Origin: an uncultured Pseudomonadales bacterium
GTDB taxonomy: Bacteria; Patescibacteriota; Microgenomatia; UBA1400; PJMF01
Reading direction: 5' to 3'
Assembly (NCBI GenBank): GCA_964404025.1
Contig: CAYOIJ010000004.1
Span: 782 to 64,781, forward strand
Length of the DNA: 64,000 nt
Position 1 is the stretch's first letter. Each line of letters starts with the position of its first letter. The notes below the pieces were generated by a model that worked only from the letters and a program-made list of their open reading frames with translations, was not told the DNA's origin and did not search any database. Made by a program: the position numbers and the translations under genes. Shown piece after piece: positions 10,108-19,835 of this stretch.

Positions 10108-10350
10108 TAACCCAAGAAACTCTCTCTAGACTCTTTTTAACTCTTTTACACTTTTCATTTTTATTTGTACTCACATTGTCTTAATTATTCTTAATTTAGA
10201 TTTTGTCAGCATTTACTGCCCTGATTCCAAGCCCCTCATAAAAAGCTCTAGAAACCAAAGCCCTCTTTTTTCTTTGAGAATCCCCTCTATGGCTATTTTT
10301 CCAGGCAGAGACCAGATTAGATTAGTGCTTAGCAAAAGGAAGCTAAATAT

Positions 10351-10378
10351 ATTTTAAATTGATATATCAATCTAAATA
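10351..10378. repeat. Copy 2 of the 28-bp palindrome
   Basis: ATTTTAAATTGATATATCAATCTAAATA, 25/28 identical to 9331-9358. Confidence 0.93.
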
Positions 10379-10466
10379 CCTCAAGAAGCTTGTTAAACGC
10401 CTAAAATCGGCTCTTTCTAGTTTTTTCGACTAATCCATCATTGAAAATCAAGATATAATAGCCGAT

Positions 10467-11045
10467 ATGCAAAAAAAGGTACTATTTTTAGCTAAACCAC
10501 AAATGATCTATCACGAAGCTTTCATTGAAGCGGTGAAAGAGTTGCAAGCACTAGAACACGATCGTTATTACGTAGAAAAAAACTTAGATGTTAAGTCTTT
10601 ATCCCAAAAGGAATATTTTAGGGCTTATTTAAAAGATTTGGCTCAGCAAGAACTGGGAATTAATTTACCAGCCAAGCGAGTACCTCAGACAATTTATTGG
10701 TTAATGGAGAAGCAAAATGACGGTCAAGTATCTTGTTTGGGTCGAGTGTCTATTCGTCATCAGCTAAATGAATACTTGAGAAGAATTGGTGGTCATGTGG
10801 GCTATGTGATCAGGCCCAGCGCGCGTCATCAGGGTTATGGCACTAAGCTTTTAGCCCTAGCACTAGAGAAAATCAATCAGGGACAGCCAAAAATAGACGG
10901 CAAAAGGGTTCTACTCACCTGTGACGAAACCAACTTGGGTTCAAAAAAAATTATTGAGAAGAATAATGGAGTTTTAACTGCTTATTCTGAGCAAGAAGCA
11001 CCTTTACCTCGAAAAATGCTTTATTGGGTAGAACCTAACTCTTAA
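10467..11045 (+). CDS. GNAT family acetyltransferase (COG3981-like)
   Basis: GHVGYVIRPSARHQGYGTKLL acetyl-CoA motif; LTCDETNLGSKKIIEKN. Confidence 0.9.
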   Translation: MQKKVLFLAKPQMIYHEAFIEAVKELQALEHDRYYVEKNLDVKSLSQKEYFRAYLKDLAQQELGINLPAKRVPQTIYWLMEKQNDGQVSCLGRVSIRHQLNEYLRRIGGHVGYVIRPSARHQGYGTKLLALALEKINQGQPKIDGKRVLLTCDETNLGSKKIIEKNNGVLTAYSEQEAPLPRKMLYWVEPNS

Positions 11046-11187
11046 AAAAATTTAGCAGTCTACCCTACTAGTTAGTAGGCAAAATCTCCAGAGGTAGTTA
11101 TTAATTTTCCTCGAGTAATTTTATTAATATTTTTCATTTAAAGAGCTACTAGTAGTCAAATAATCTAGTTTATTGTAGATTGAGGGT

Positions 11188-12186
11188 ATGGTAAGCACTC
11201 AGAAAAAACCTAAAGCCGGAGTTGGAAACAAGTTAAAAAACATTGTGCATAGTTTGAGTACAGACCCAGATCAGGCTCTTTTAGCTTTTCTTGAAGCACT
11301 GGAAGTTGAAAAAAATCTAAGCCGCTTAACTATTCGTAATTATAGTCATTACTTGAGGCGCTTTAATAGTTGGTTTAAAGATCAAGGTGCGACTGATTTA
11401 ACACAACTTAATCAAGACTCTCTGAGAGCTTATCGAGTTTATTTAGCTCGTTATAGTGATGAACAAGGTCGAACCCTATCTAAGAAAACTCAAAGTTATC
11501 ATGTAATTGCTCTGCGCTCTTGGTTTAAATGGCTAATTAAGAACGATTTTGAAGTGCTTCATCCAGAAAAAATTGATTTACCTAAGGCTGAATCAACTCA
11601 TATGAGTTTTGTAAATATAGAGGAAGTGGAACGCTTATTGAGTCAACCAGAGCTAAGCAGTAAAACTGGTTTACGAGATCGAGCCATTTTGGAAGTCCTC
11701 TTCTCTACTGGTTTGCGGGTTAGTGAATTGGTTGGATTAAATCGGGATCAAATTGATTTAAAAAGACGAGAGTTTGGGGTAATTGGAAAGGGGCGTCGAC
11801 CACGCGTGGTTTTTCTTAGTGAACGAGCGGCCGATTGGCTGGGTCGTTGGTTGGCTTCTCGTGAAGACATTTGGCAGCCAATTTTTATTCGTTTATCTGG
11901 GAAAAAAGTTCATCCCGCTTTTGATGGTGAAGAAATGAGATTAAGTAGTAGAAGTGTTCAGCGCTTAGTTGATAAATACTCTAGAAAAGCACATTTAACT
12001 GTCAAGCTTTCTCCACATGGCATTCGTCATAGTTTTGCAACAGATTTATTGATCAATGGGGCTAATTTACGAGATGTCCAAGAGATTTTGGGACACAAAA
12101 ACATAGCGACCACCCAGATTTATACTCACGTTACTAAATCCCAACTAAAGAAGGTCTATGACAAGCGTCATTCAAAGCTTGAGTAG
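11188..12186 (+). CDS. XerC/XerD-type tyrosine recombinase
   Basis: N-terminal SAM-like domain; intact catalytic set R (TGLRVSEL), K (GKG), HxxR (HGIRHS), H (LGH), Y (TTQIY). Confidence 0.95.
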   Translation: MVSTQKKPKAGVGNKLKNIVHSLSTDPDQALLAFLEALEVEKNLSRLTIRNYSHYLRRFNSWFKDQGATDLTQLNQDSLRAYRVYLARYSDEQGRTLSKKTQSYHVIALRSWFKWLIKNDFEVLHPEKIDLPKAESTHMSFVNIEEVERLLSQPELSSKTGLRDRAILEVLFSTGLRVSELVGLNRDQIDLKRREFGVIGKGRRPRVVFLSERAADWLGRWLASREDIWQPIFIRLSGKKVHPAFDGEEMRLSSRSVQRLVDKYSRKAHLTVKLSPHGIRHSFATDLLINGANLRDVQEILGHKNIATTQIYTHVTKSQLKKVYDKRHSKLE

Positions 12187-12204
12187 CTTGGGTTGCTCAA
12201 TTTT
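12179..12204 (+). terminator. Possible weak intrinsic terminator at the end of the xer gene
   Basis: TTGAGTAGC/GTTGCTCAA stem with G-U pairs, followed by TTTT. Confidence 0.4.
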
Positions 12205-12697
12205 CTTTACTCGAGTTGAACATCCTTTTTTTTGAAAAAATTATTTGAAGCCTTAAACGAGTTGTAGCAAAATTGTATCAAAAAAAGATTGATCTATCAG
12301 TTCATAGCTTAAAAGTAGCATTTTAGCAGAGTTTGCCAGTGTCTGCTAAAGGCTGATAAGGTTTTAATAGACTAAAGGCGCAATATATTTAACTTTTTAT
12401 TTTTAAAAGAATTGCTCTCTTGAGTAGCTTTTAGCTCATTAATTACATCAAGGGTGAGTTTATTTATCAAACAAACAGTGTTTTAGCACAAAAGCTAGTT
12501 TTTTTGCTTATTTAATAGACATGATCATAATCTATTTCTGAGTATCTATATATAAATCAATATGTTAAAAGCTATCAATTAGATTTTTTTACTACATAAA
12601 ATTATTTTTAAATATATGTTTTTATATCAAACAATATAAATTACTTCTTACTTTCAAAATTTTTTGATCAATGTTAAAATCTAAGCGTTGTAAAAAA

Positions 12698-12771
12698 GGG
12701 CCGATAGCTCAGTTGGCTAGAGCGCTTGTATGGCATACAAGAGGTCAGGGGTTCAAGTCCCCTTCGGTCCA
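12698..12771 (+). tRNA. tRNA-Ala(GGC)
   Basis: Acceptor GGGCCGA/TCGGTCC with G3:U70; anticodon arm CTTGT-ATGGCAT-ACAAG; GTTCAAG T-loop; CCA not encoded; TGTTAAAAT at 12672-12680. Confidence 0.97.
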
Positions 12772-13251
12772 CTTAAAGTTAATTTTCTCCCCGTCCAGAA
12801 TAATGGTCCACATGCCGCATTCTTTTACATCTTGAATGGCATTACTGGGACCGCCAAGAATTTGCCAAAAATTACGCACTTCTTGACTGTGAGTGACAGC
12901 AAAAATTTCTAGGGTGTCTACTGTGTTGTTTGGGAAGTTTTTTAAATATTTTTTAAAGTGTGTAAGTATCTTGTTTTTACTTTTTTCGTTGATTGGAAGC
13001 TCATTATCAATATTGAGGAAGTCATCGATCTTGACCTTCAGCTTAAGCCTTATAGCGATAATAGCAGCAGTTTCTCTTGTTCGTTTTTTAGGGCTGCTTA
13101 AAATCAAGGCCTCTTTACCAAGTTGTTTTCTTTTAGCCAGGTTTTGAGCTAGTTTTTCAGCTTGCTTTATTCCTAAGTCAGTTAAACCAGGATCAGGTAT
13201 AAATAACTTTTTTTCACCGTGACGGATTAAATTAATTCTAAGTTTTGTCAT
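12745..13251 (-). CDS. Histidine phosphatase (phosphoglycerate mutase-like) family protein
   Basis: [30 protein letters not shown]; 3' end overlaps tRNA-Ala antisense. Confidence 0.88.
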   Translation of the reverse strand: MTKLRINLIRHGEKKLFIPDPGLTDLGIKQAEKLAQNLAKRKQLGKEALILSSPKKRTRETAAIIAIRLKLKVKIDDFLNIDNELPINEKSKNKILTHFKKYLKNFPNNTVDTLEIFAVTHSQEVRNFWQILGGPSNAIQDVKECGMWTIILDGEKINFKWTEGDLNP

Positions 13252-15913
13252 CTTCTTCTATAGTGAGAGCGACGGCAGCAATTCGATCATTATTATCAAG
13301 TTTCATTAAGATTACTCCTTGAGTTGGTCTAGTTAAAGTAGGAATAGATTTTTTACTGATCGGCATTTTGATGGCTTTACCAGTTTTGGTACTAATAACT
13401 AGCTCGTCATGGCGGTCAGAAATTAATTTGGCAGCTGCCACCTTGCCAGTGCGTTTAGTAATTTCTGAAACTTTAACACCCAGTCCCGACCTTTTTTGTA
13501 GTGGATAGTGTTTGAGCAAAGTGCGCTTACCCATGCCGTTTTCTGTAATAATCATCAGGCTATTTTCTTTAAAAACAGCTTCATCATCACGAAAGACTTC
13601 TACTCCGACCACATAATCATCTGGCTTGAGGGTAATACCCTTTACCCCTTTGGTGTCTCGCTGAGAGCTTTTCACCTCGGTTTCGCTAAATCGAATCGAT
13701 TTACCATCATGAGTAATGAGCATAATATTATCTTTACCAGTCGTGACTTTGCCCCAAACCAGCTCATCACCCTCGTTAAGAGTAATAGCGACAATTCCGC
13801 TTTGGCGAATATTGTCATATAGTTTGACTGCGGTTTTTTTGACTAAGCCCTTTTTGGTAGCAAGAGTGATGTATTTATCTCGATCTTTTTCTTCATCCAC
13901 GATGATAATTGATAAAACTTTTTCTCTTGGTTTCAGGTTAAGTAAGTTAACAATAGCTGTGCCTTTGGCAATTCGACTAGCTTCAGGAATTTCAAAAGCC
14001 TTCATTTCAAAGACTCGTCCTTGATTAGTAAACAAGAATAAGTGATCGTGAGTAGTGCAAGTCACAATTGACATTAGCACATCTTCAGCCTTCATATTCA
14101 AACCCTTAGCGCCTTTACCACCTCGAGATTGAGAGCGAAAAGCATCAGGACTCAGGCGTTTGACATAGCCACTCTCAGTGAGAGTAATTACTGTATTTTC
14201 ATCAGCGATGAGATCCTCTTCATTAAATTCTCCTACTTTACCTTTAATGACTCTGGTTAATCGCTCGTCACCGTAGAGCTTGATCATTTCTTGATTTTCT
14301 TCGATTAATAATTTCAGTATTTTACTAGGATCACTTAGTAAGTGGATTAGGTCAATAATAGTTTTTTGGATGGCTTTGTGTTCGTCTTCAATTTTTTGTC
14401 TTTCCAGAGCAGCCAGACGTTTTAGTTGCATTTCTAAAATAGCAGTTGCTTGAGGATCACTCAGTCCAAACTTTTTCATTAAAGCGCTATGAGCGACATC
14501 GCTATCACTGCTGTTTCTAATCGTTGCAATCACCTCATCTAAATTGGCTAAAGCAATCAATAAACCTTCTAAAATATGGGCGCGGTCTCGAGCCTCTTGG
14601 AGCTCAGCTTGAGAGCGACGAGTAACCACTAATTGACGATGTACAACATATTCTTTTAATACCTGAAATAGGGCCATTAATTGAGGTGTACCTTCGCTAT
14701 TAAGTGCCACCATGTTCATAGAGAAACTGGTTTGCAGTTCGCTCATTTTGAAGAGCTTGTTTAACACCACTTTAGGTCGAGCATCCTTTTTTAATTCAAC
14801 TGTAATTTGTAGGCCAGTTCGATCAGAGTCATCTCTTAAATTTTTGATACCACTAATTTTTTTATCTCTAATTAAATCAGCAATTTTCATTAATAAGCGA
14901 GCTTTATTAACTTGGTAAGGCAATTCATTAATGACGATTTCCATCTGGCCACGCTTATTTTCTTCGATACTAGCTTTACCACGGATAATAATGCGGCCTT
15001 TACCAGTTCGATAAGCTTCACTGATGGCTTTTTGATCATAAATAACTCCAGCAGTAGGAAAATCTGGACCTTTAATAAAAGTCATTAATTCTTCATGAGT
15101 AATGTCACTTTCAAAGCGTCCAGCCAGTTGGCGTGCCTCACTTTCCAGCAAGGTGTTGATGCAGGCAGAGTTTGAATTTAAATTTTTTTCTTCAAGATCG
15201 ATTTTTGTTTCACTGATTGCCTTACCTTTTTCAATCATAGCGGCGATGGCATTACAACTCTCAGTAAGGTTGTGTGGAGGAATTTTGGTAGCCATACCCA
15301 CGGCGATACCCTCAGAACCCATGAGTAAAAAGTTTGGTAAGCGAGTTGGCAGGATAACTGGTTCTTGCAGTGAACCGTCAAAGTTGTCAACAAAATCAAC
15401 AGTATTTTTATTGATATCTGCTAGTAATTCTTGAGTAATTTTGGCACTTCTGGCTTCGGTGTAACGCATAGCAGCTGGGCTATCACCATCAATGGAGCCA
15501 AAGTTACCCTGTCCATCGACCAATGGGTAGCGCATACTAAATTCTTGAGCTAAACGGACTAGAGCCATATAGACTGCGCTATCGCCATGAGGATGGTATT
15601 TACCTAAAACGTCACCGACAATTCTAGCCGATTTTTTGTAAGCAGTGTTGTGGTGGATTCCTGACTTGTACATGGAATATAGAATGCGGCGATGGACTGG
15701 TTTTAAACCATCTCTAACGTCTGGTAGAGCTCGCGAAACTATAACACTCATCGCATAATCTAAATAGGCTTTCTCCATCTCATCAACAATGTCGGTGTGT
15801 TTTAACAAGCCATACTTGGTTTCCTCGGTGGTCCCAAATTTGCTACTAGGATCTTCAGCTGATTCTGTCAGGTTTTTCTCTTCCTGATTTTGGTTTTCCA
15901 ACTTATCTGTCAT
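13238..15913 (-). CDS. gyrA: DNA gyrase subunit A
   Basis: [23 protein letters not shown] (catalytic Tyr); GyrA-box QSRGGKG. Confidence 0.98.
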   Translation of the reverse strand: MTDKLENQNQEEKNLTESAEDPSSKFGTTEETKYGLLKHTDIVDEMEKAYLDYAMSVIVSRALPDVRDGLKPVHRRILYSMYKSGIHHNTAYKKSARIVGDVLGKYHPHGDSAVYMALVRLAQEFSMRYPLVDGQGNFGSIDGDSPAAMRYTEARSAKITQELLADINKNTVDFVDNFDGSLQEPVILPTRLPNFLLMGSEGIAVGMATKIPPHNLTESCNAIAAMIEKGKAISETKIDLEEKNLNSNSACINTLLESEARQLAGRFESDITHEELMTFIKGPDFPTAGVIYDQKAISEAYRTGKGRIIIRGKASIEENKRGQMEIVINELPYQVNKARLLMKIADLIRDKKISGIKNLRDDSDRTGLQITVELKKDARPKVVLNKLFKMSELQTSFSMNMVALNSEGTPQLMALFQVLKEYVVHRQLVVTRRSQAELQEARDRAHILEGLLIALANLDEVIATIRNSSDSDVAHSALMKKFGLSDPQATAILEMQLKRLAALERQKIEDEHKAIQKTIIDLIHLLSDPSKILKLLIEENQEMIKLYGDERLTRVIKGKVGEFNEEDLIADENTVITLTESGYVKRLSPDAFRSQSRGGKGAKGLNMKAEDVLMSIVTCTTHDHLFLFTNQGRVFEMKAFEIPEASRIAKGTAIVNLLNLKPREKVLSIIIVDEEKDRDKYITLATKKGLVKKTAVKLYDNIRQSGIVAITLNEGDELVWGKVTTGKDNIMLITHDGKSIRFSETEVKSSQRDTKGVKGITLKPDDYVVGVEVFRDDEAVFKENSLMIITENGMGKRTLLKHYPLQKRSGLGVKVSEITKRTGKVAAAKLISDRHDELVISTKTGKAIKMPISKKSIPTLTRPTQGVILMKLDNNDRIAAVALTIEEDDKT

Positions 15914-15934
15914 ATTATTTAATCTTTTGATATC

Positions 15935-16888
15935 TTAATTACTATTTTGTATGGCTTTTTCAATAGCAGGCGCTATTTCCTTTTTTCTTGATAGTTTGGC
16001 TCCGATATCGATAATTTGCTCGAAGGCCTCAGTTTTAAAAGCTGATTCTGCTATTTTTTGTTCAGCTTCGCTCAAAAGTAAAATTTTGCTATTAGCCTCC
16101 AAAATATCAGAGATAACCACAAAAATTAAGTCAACTGCCAATTCTTTTTTAACGCTGTCCATTGCTTGCAGCAGACAATCTTTTTTTTCACCAATAATGC
16201 GTTCTTGTTCAACAGTTTCTAATTGATCAATCATGACTTTTTTGCCAGCGAAATCAAAAATTTTATAATCATTTTTAACAATATCCTCACAAGATAATTG
16301 AGAGACATCAGATTTAGCCTTAAAAATTTCTAGCGTCAGTGCTTCTAAATTTTCTATTTTAGCTATTTTAGCTAGTTCTTTGGCTGTTTCGATGTCTTTC
16401 TCAGTGCAAGTGCTGGATTTAAAGCCAACTGTGTCTGATAAAATTGCTGACAACATGGCTCCAGCCAACTTTGTACTGGGTTCGAATTGGTTGTTTTTCA
16501 TTAAATGATAGACAATGGTGCTAGAAGCTCCCCAAGTTTTAAAAGTCATAAAGATTGGCTGATTGAGGGATAGGTTAACCTTATGGTGGTCAACAATCTC
16601 CACTATTTGTTCTTCCCTAATTCCTTCAAGGCGTTGACTAGCTTCATTGTGGTCGACTAAAACGATTTGATCTTGTTCTTGGATCTCTTCAGCCCCAATA
16701 ACTCTAGGAGTGTTTAGTTCAAATTTGTTTAGTAAAAAAGCGGTTTCATTGTTGATTGGACCAGCAATGACAGCTTCTGCTTCTTGACGATTGAAACAAG
16801 GAGTTTGTTTAAACAACTCGGCCAAAGCCATGGCTGAAACGACTGAATCAGTATCTGGTTTAAGGTGACCAATGACGTAGGTTTTCAT
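15935..16888 (-). CDS. ppaC: Mn-dependent inorganic pyrophosphatase (family II, DHH)
   Basis: GHLKPDTDS, LVDHN, VDHH, LSRKK. Confidence 0.95.
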   Translation of the reverse strand: MKTYVIGHLKPDTDSVVSAMALAELFKQTPCFNRQEAEAVIAGPINNETAFLLNKFELNTPRVIGAEEIQEQDQIVLVDHNEASQRLEGIREEQIVEIVDHHKVNLSLNQPIFMTFKTWGASSTIVYHLMKNNQFEPSTKLAGAMLSAILSDTVGFKSSTCTEKDIETAKELAKIAKIENLEALTLEIFKAKSDVSQLSCEDIVKNDYKIFDFAGKKVMIDQLETVEQERIIGEKKDCLLQAMDSVKKELAVDLIFVVISDILEANSKILLLSEAEQKIAESAFKTEAFEQIIDIGAKLSRKKEIAPAIEKAIQNSN

Positions 16889-16897
16889 AAACTTCCT

Positions 16898-18958
16898 TTA
16901 TACATCTAGCTCGGCCATTTTGGCTCGACTTTGAATGAATTTTTTACGAGGAGCAACTTCGTTGCCCATTAAAGTGTCAAAAGTATTATCTGCTTTGATT
17001 GGATCTTCAATGTCCATTTTTTTAAGCATTCTGGTTTCTGGATTCATAGTAGTATTCCAGAGTTGCTCAGGGTTCATTTCTCCCAAACCCTTGTAGCGCT
17101 GACTACCAATTTTAGCGTTGGGGTTTTTAGCAAGAATTTTTTGGATTTTTTCTTCTCGTTCTTCTTCGCTATAAACATAAGATTCATCTTTACCATGAGT
17201 GATTTTAAATAGTGGTGGCATGGCCACATAAAGAAAGCCCATTTCGACCAATTCTGGTAAATGACGGAAGAAAAAAGTTAAGCCCAGAGTGGTAATATGT
17301 TCACCATCAACGTCAGCATCATTCATGAGAATAATTCGATGATAGCGTAATTTTTCTTTATCAAAACTTTCACCAATGCCGCAGCCAAGAGCAATGACTA
17401 AATTTTTTAGTTCTTCGCTAGCAACAATTCGATCCAGACGCGCGCGTTCAGTGTTTAAAATCTTTCCTCGCAAAGGAAAAATGGCTTGAAAGCGACGATC
17501 ACGGCCTTGTTTGGCACTACCACCAGCACTATCACCCTCAACAATGTAAATCTCACTTTCCTCAGGTTTATTAGACTGACAATCAGCTAATTTGCCTGGT
17601 AAAGAAAGCCCCTCAAGCAAACCTTTGCGAATCACAGCGTCTTTGGCGGCGCGAGCCGCGAGGCGAGCGCGTGCAGAGATCAACACCTTTTCTACAATAA
17701 TTTTACCGACTTTGGGATGTTCTTCTAAATAAGTAGCAAAGTGTTTTTTGAACACTCGATAAACCGCTGATTGAGCTTCAGCATTATTTAATTTAGCCTT
17801 GGTTTGTGATTCAAACTGTAGATCGTTAGAAGGCATTTTGACAAAAACAACAGCCGTTAAACCTTCCCGCAAATCATCAGCAGTAAAGTTTTCTTTTTCT
17901 TTAATTAGACCATTTTTATCAGCATAATCACGGATTACCCTGCCCAGAGCTAAACGAAAACCCTGAACGTGGGTGCCTCCATCTGGGGTATTAATAACGT
18001 TGACATAACTTTCGACGTGTTCTTTATACGAATCGTTATATTGAATGGCTACTTCAATGCCAATTTCTTTTTTAGTTTCTTCGTCAGTCCATTGGTCATT
18101 GAGATAAAAAACCTTATGTAGCGATTTTTTAGACATGTTAATGTGTTCAACTAGAGAGCGAATACCACCTTCAAAATAAAAATGTTGCTCAATATCAGTG
18201 ATTCGGTCAAAGAGCTGAAAATAAATACCAGCCATCAAATAAGCGCGATCTTTAACAATGTTAATAATATTTTTAGGATTGTATGTGGCTTGTTTAAAAA
18301 TAATTGGATCAGAGATAAATTGAACTATGGTCCCGCTTTCATGCTTGAGAAAATCTCGACTCTGGTGAGGAAATTTTGCAATTAATTCAGTTTCGCTAAT
18401 TTCAGCAACTGGAGCAGCAGGTATGCCGCGTGAATGATATTGATAATAATATTTATTATTGCGTTTAACAGCTACCTGCATCAAGCAAGACAGAGCATTA
18501 ACTGCACTGGAGCCAATTCCATGTAGGCCGCCGGAAACCTTATAAACTTTACTTTCAAATTTACCGCCAGCATGCAATTTAGTCATGACTACTTCCATGG
18601 CAGAAATGCCAGCAGTTTCATGCTTTTCTACTGGGATTCCACGTCCGTTATCAACAACAGTAATTAACTGATCAGCTAATTCTTTTTCTTCAGCCTTTAG
18701 TTTTTTATTGGCTTTGTGTTGTAAAAACAATTCACGATGCAAGTCAGTTACTGGATCACGAAATAACTGAATAGTTTGGCCAAAACCAGCAATAGCTTCG
18801 TCAACAGCATTATCTAAAATTTCTTTGACTAAATGGTGTAAACCTTTGGCATCAGTAGAGCCAATATACATGCCGGGCCGTTTACGCACTGGTTCTAGGC
18901 CTTCTAAGACTTTAATTTGTGATGCCTGATAGTTGTTTACATCTCTCTGACTTGCCAT
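16898..18958 (-). CDS. gyrB: DNA gyrase subunit B (start taken at MASQRD)
   Basis: VRKRPGMYIG, LHAGGKF, EGDSAGG, PLRGK, DADVDG, RYKGLGEMN. Confidence 0.98.
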   Translation of the reverse strand: MASQRDVNNYQASQIKVLEGLEPVRKRPGMYIGSTDAKGLHHLVKEILDNAVDEAIAGFGQTIQLFRDPVTDLHRELFLQHKANKKLKAEEKELADQLITVVDNGRGIPVEKHETAGISAMEVVMTKLHAGGKFESKVYKVSGGLHGIGSSAVNALSCLMQVAVKRNNKYYYQYHSRGIPAAPVAEISETELIAKFPHQSRDFLKHESGTIVQFISDPIIFKQATYNPKNIINIVKDRAYLMAGIYFQLFDRITDIEQHFYFEGGIRSLVEHINMSKKSLHKVFYLNDQWTDEETKKEIGIEVAIQYNDSYKEHVESYVNVINTPDGGTHVQGFRLALGRVIRDYADKNGLIKEKENFTADDLREGLTAVVFVKMPSNDLQFESQTKAKLNNAEAQSAVYRVFKKHFATYLEEHPKVGKIIVEKVLISARARLAARAAKDAVIRKGLLEGLSLPGKLADCQSNKPEESEIYIVEGDSAGGSAKQGRDRRFQAIFPLRGKILNTERARLDRIVASEELKNLVIALGCGIGESFDKEKLRYHRIILMNDADVDGEHITTLGLTFFFRHLPELVEMGFLYVAMPPLFKITHGKDESYVYSEEEREEKIQKILAKNPNAKIGSQRYKGLGEMNPEQLWNTTMNPETRMLKKMDIEDPIKADNTFDTLMGNEVAPRKKFIQSRAKMAELDV

Positions 18959-19124
18959 AAGAACTACATTTGTAGCATATTTATTATACAAAAGAAAGTG
19001 TTAAAAAGCTCACTAGACTTTGAAAAAAGCCGATTTTGGGCGTTTTAAAGGCTTTATTTTTTAAAAACCCAGGCTAGAAAGCCTGGTAGAATGGTATAAA
19101 TAGTCTTAAAAATGATTAAAAAAT

Positions 19125-19805
19125 TTAGATTTTTTTCCCTAAAACACTAAAAAAGCAATGTTCTAGAGCTAAGCGAACATTGAGGTTTTCTTTTAAATCT
19201 AGATAAGCTTGGCTTAAAGATTTCTTTTGTTGGTGAGTTAACTGTTCTTGTTTGAGCAAATTTTTTATTAAGGTGATGGCTGATTCTCGGTCCTTGTATT
19301 GGGCTATCAATTCTATAGCTTGAGATAAATTTTGGGGAAAATTAAAAGCTTTTTCCTCTAAAGCTTGCTCGTTTGAGGCTTGAGAAAGACTATGACAAAT
19401 AGAACAACGGGAACTGATAGTTGGTAAAAGATGGTGGTCACTGCCAACTGGCAGAATTATTAAGGTGTTTACCGGTGGTTCTTCAATTAATTTTAATAAA
19501 GCATTTTGGGCAGCCAAGCCTGCACTTTCAAAATTTAATAAGACTAAAACTCTAACCCCTTGTTGATGCCAGTCAGCATACTGTGTTTCTTTGATGATTT
19601 GTCTAGCAAGATCTATTTTGAAGTTAGTGAGCTCACTGTTGTACCAAAAAATATTGTGATTTTGAAAAACCTTGTCCACTTTGCTTTTTTGATCGAGGTG
19701 TTCTAACACCATTTCTTTGATGTCATTTAACTTTAGCTGAGATTGCCCAATCAGACCTGCAGCGGCTGTTAAATTTAAAATTTCAGCTATGTAAAAGTTT
19801 GTCAT
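19125..19805 (-). CDS. holB: Divergent, truncated DNA polymerase III delta-prime-like subunit
   Basis: AAQNALLKLIEEPP and LLPTISSRC motifs; no N-terminal Walker A or Zn region. Confidence 0.75.
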   Translation of the reverse strand: MTNFYIAEILNLTAAAGLIGQSQLKLNDIKEMVLEHLDQKSKVDKVFQNHNIFWYNSELTNFKIDLARQIIKETQYADWHQQGVRVLVLLNFESAGLAAQNALLKLIEEPPVNTLIILPVGSDHHLLPTISSRCSICHSLSQASNEQALEEKAFNFPQNLSQAIELIAQYKDRESAITLIKNLLKQEQLTHQQKKSLSQAYLDLKENLNVRLALEHCFFSVLGKKI

Positions 19806-19835
19806 TTTATGGCATTATAAAAGGAGTAAGCGATT

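Noticed and set aside
9953-10174. 73-aa minus-strand ORF
   Set aside because: It runs through the dif-like site and skewed low-complexity DNA and has no motif; probably spurious.
9329-12697. Possible oriC (long intergenic gaps, gyrase nearby)
   Set aside because: Only one imperfect DnaA box seen (TGTGGAAAA near 9674), no dnaA/dnaN, and the G-to-C polarity fits a terminus rather than an origin.
9331-12771. Integrative element or prophage (tyrosine recombinase near tRNA-Ala)
   Set aside because: No duplicated tRNA 3' end found, no phage or transfer genes, and the enzyme looks like a housekeeping Xer.
12730-12912. 60-aa plus-strand ORF
   Set aside because: Starts inside tRNA-Ala and is antisense to the phosphatase gene.
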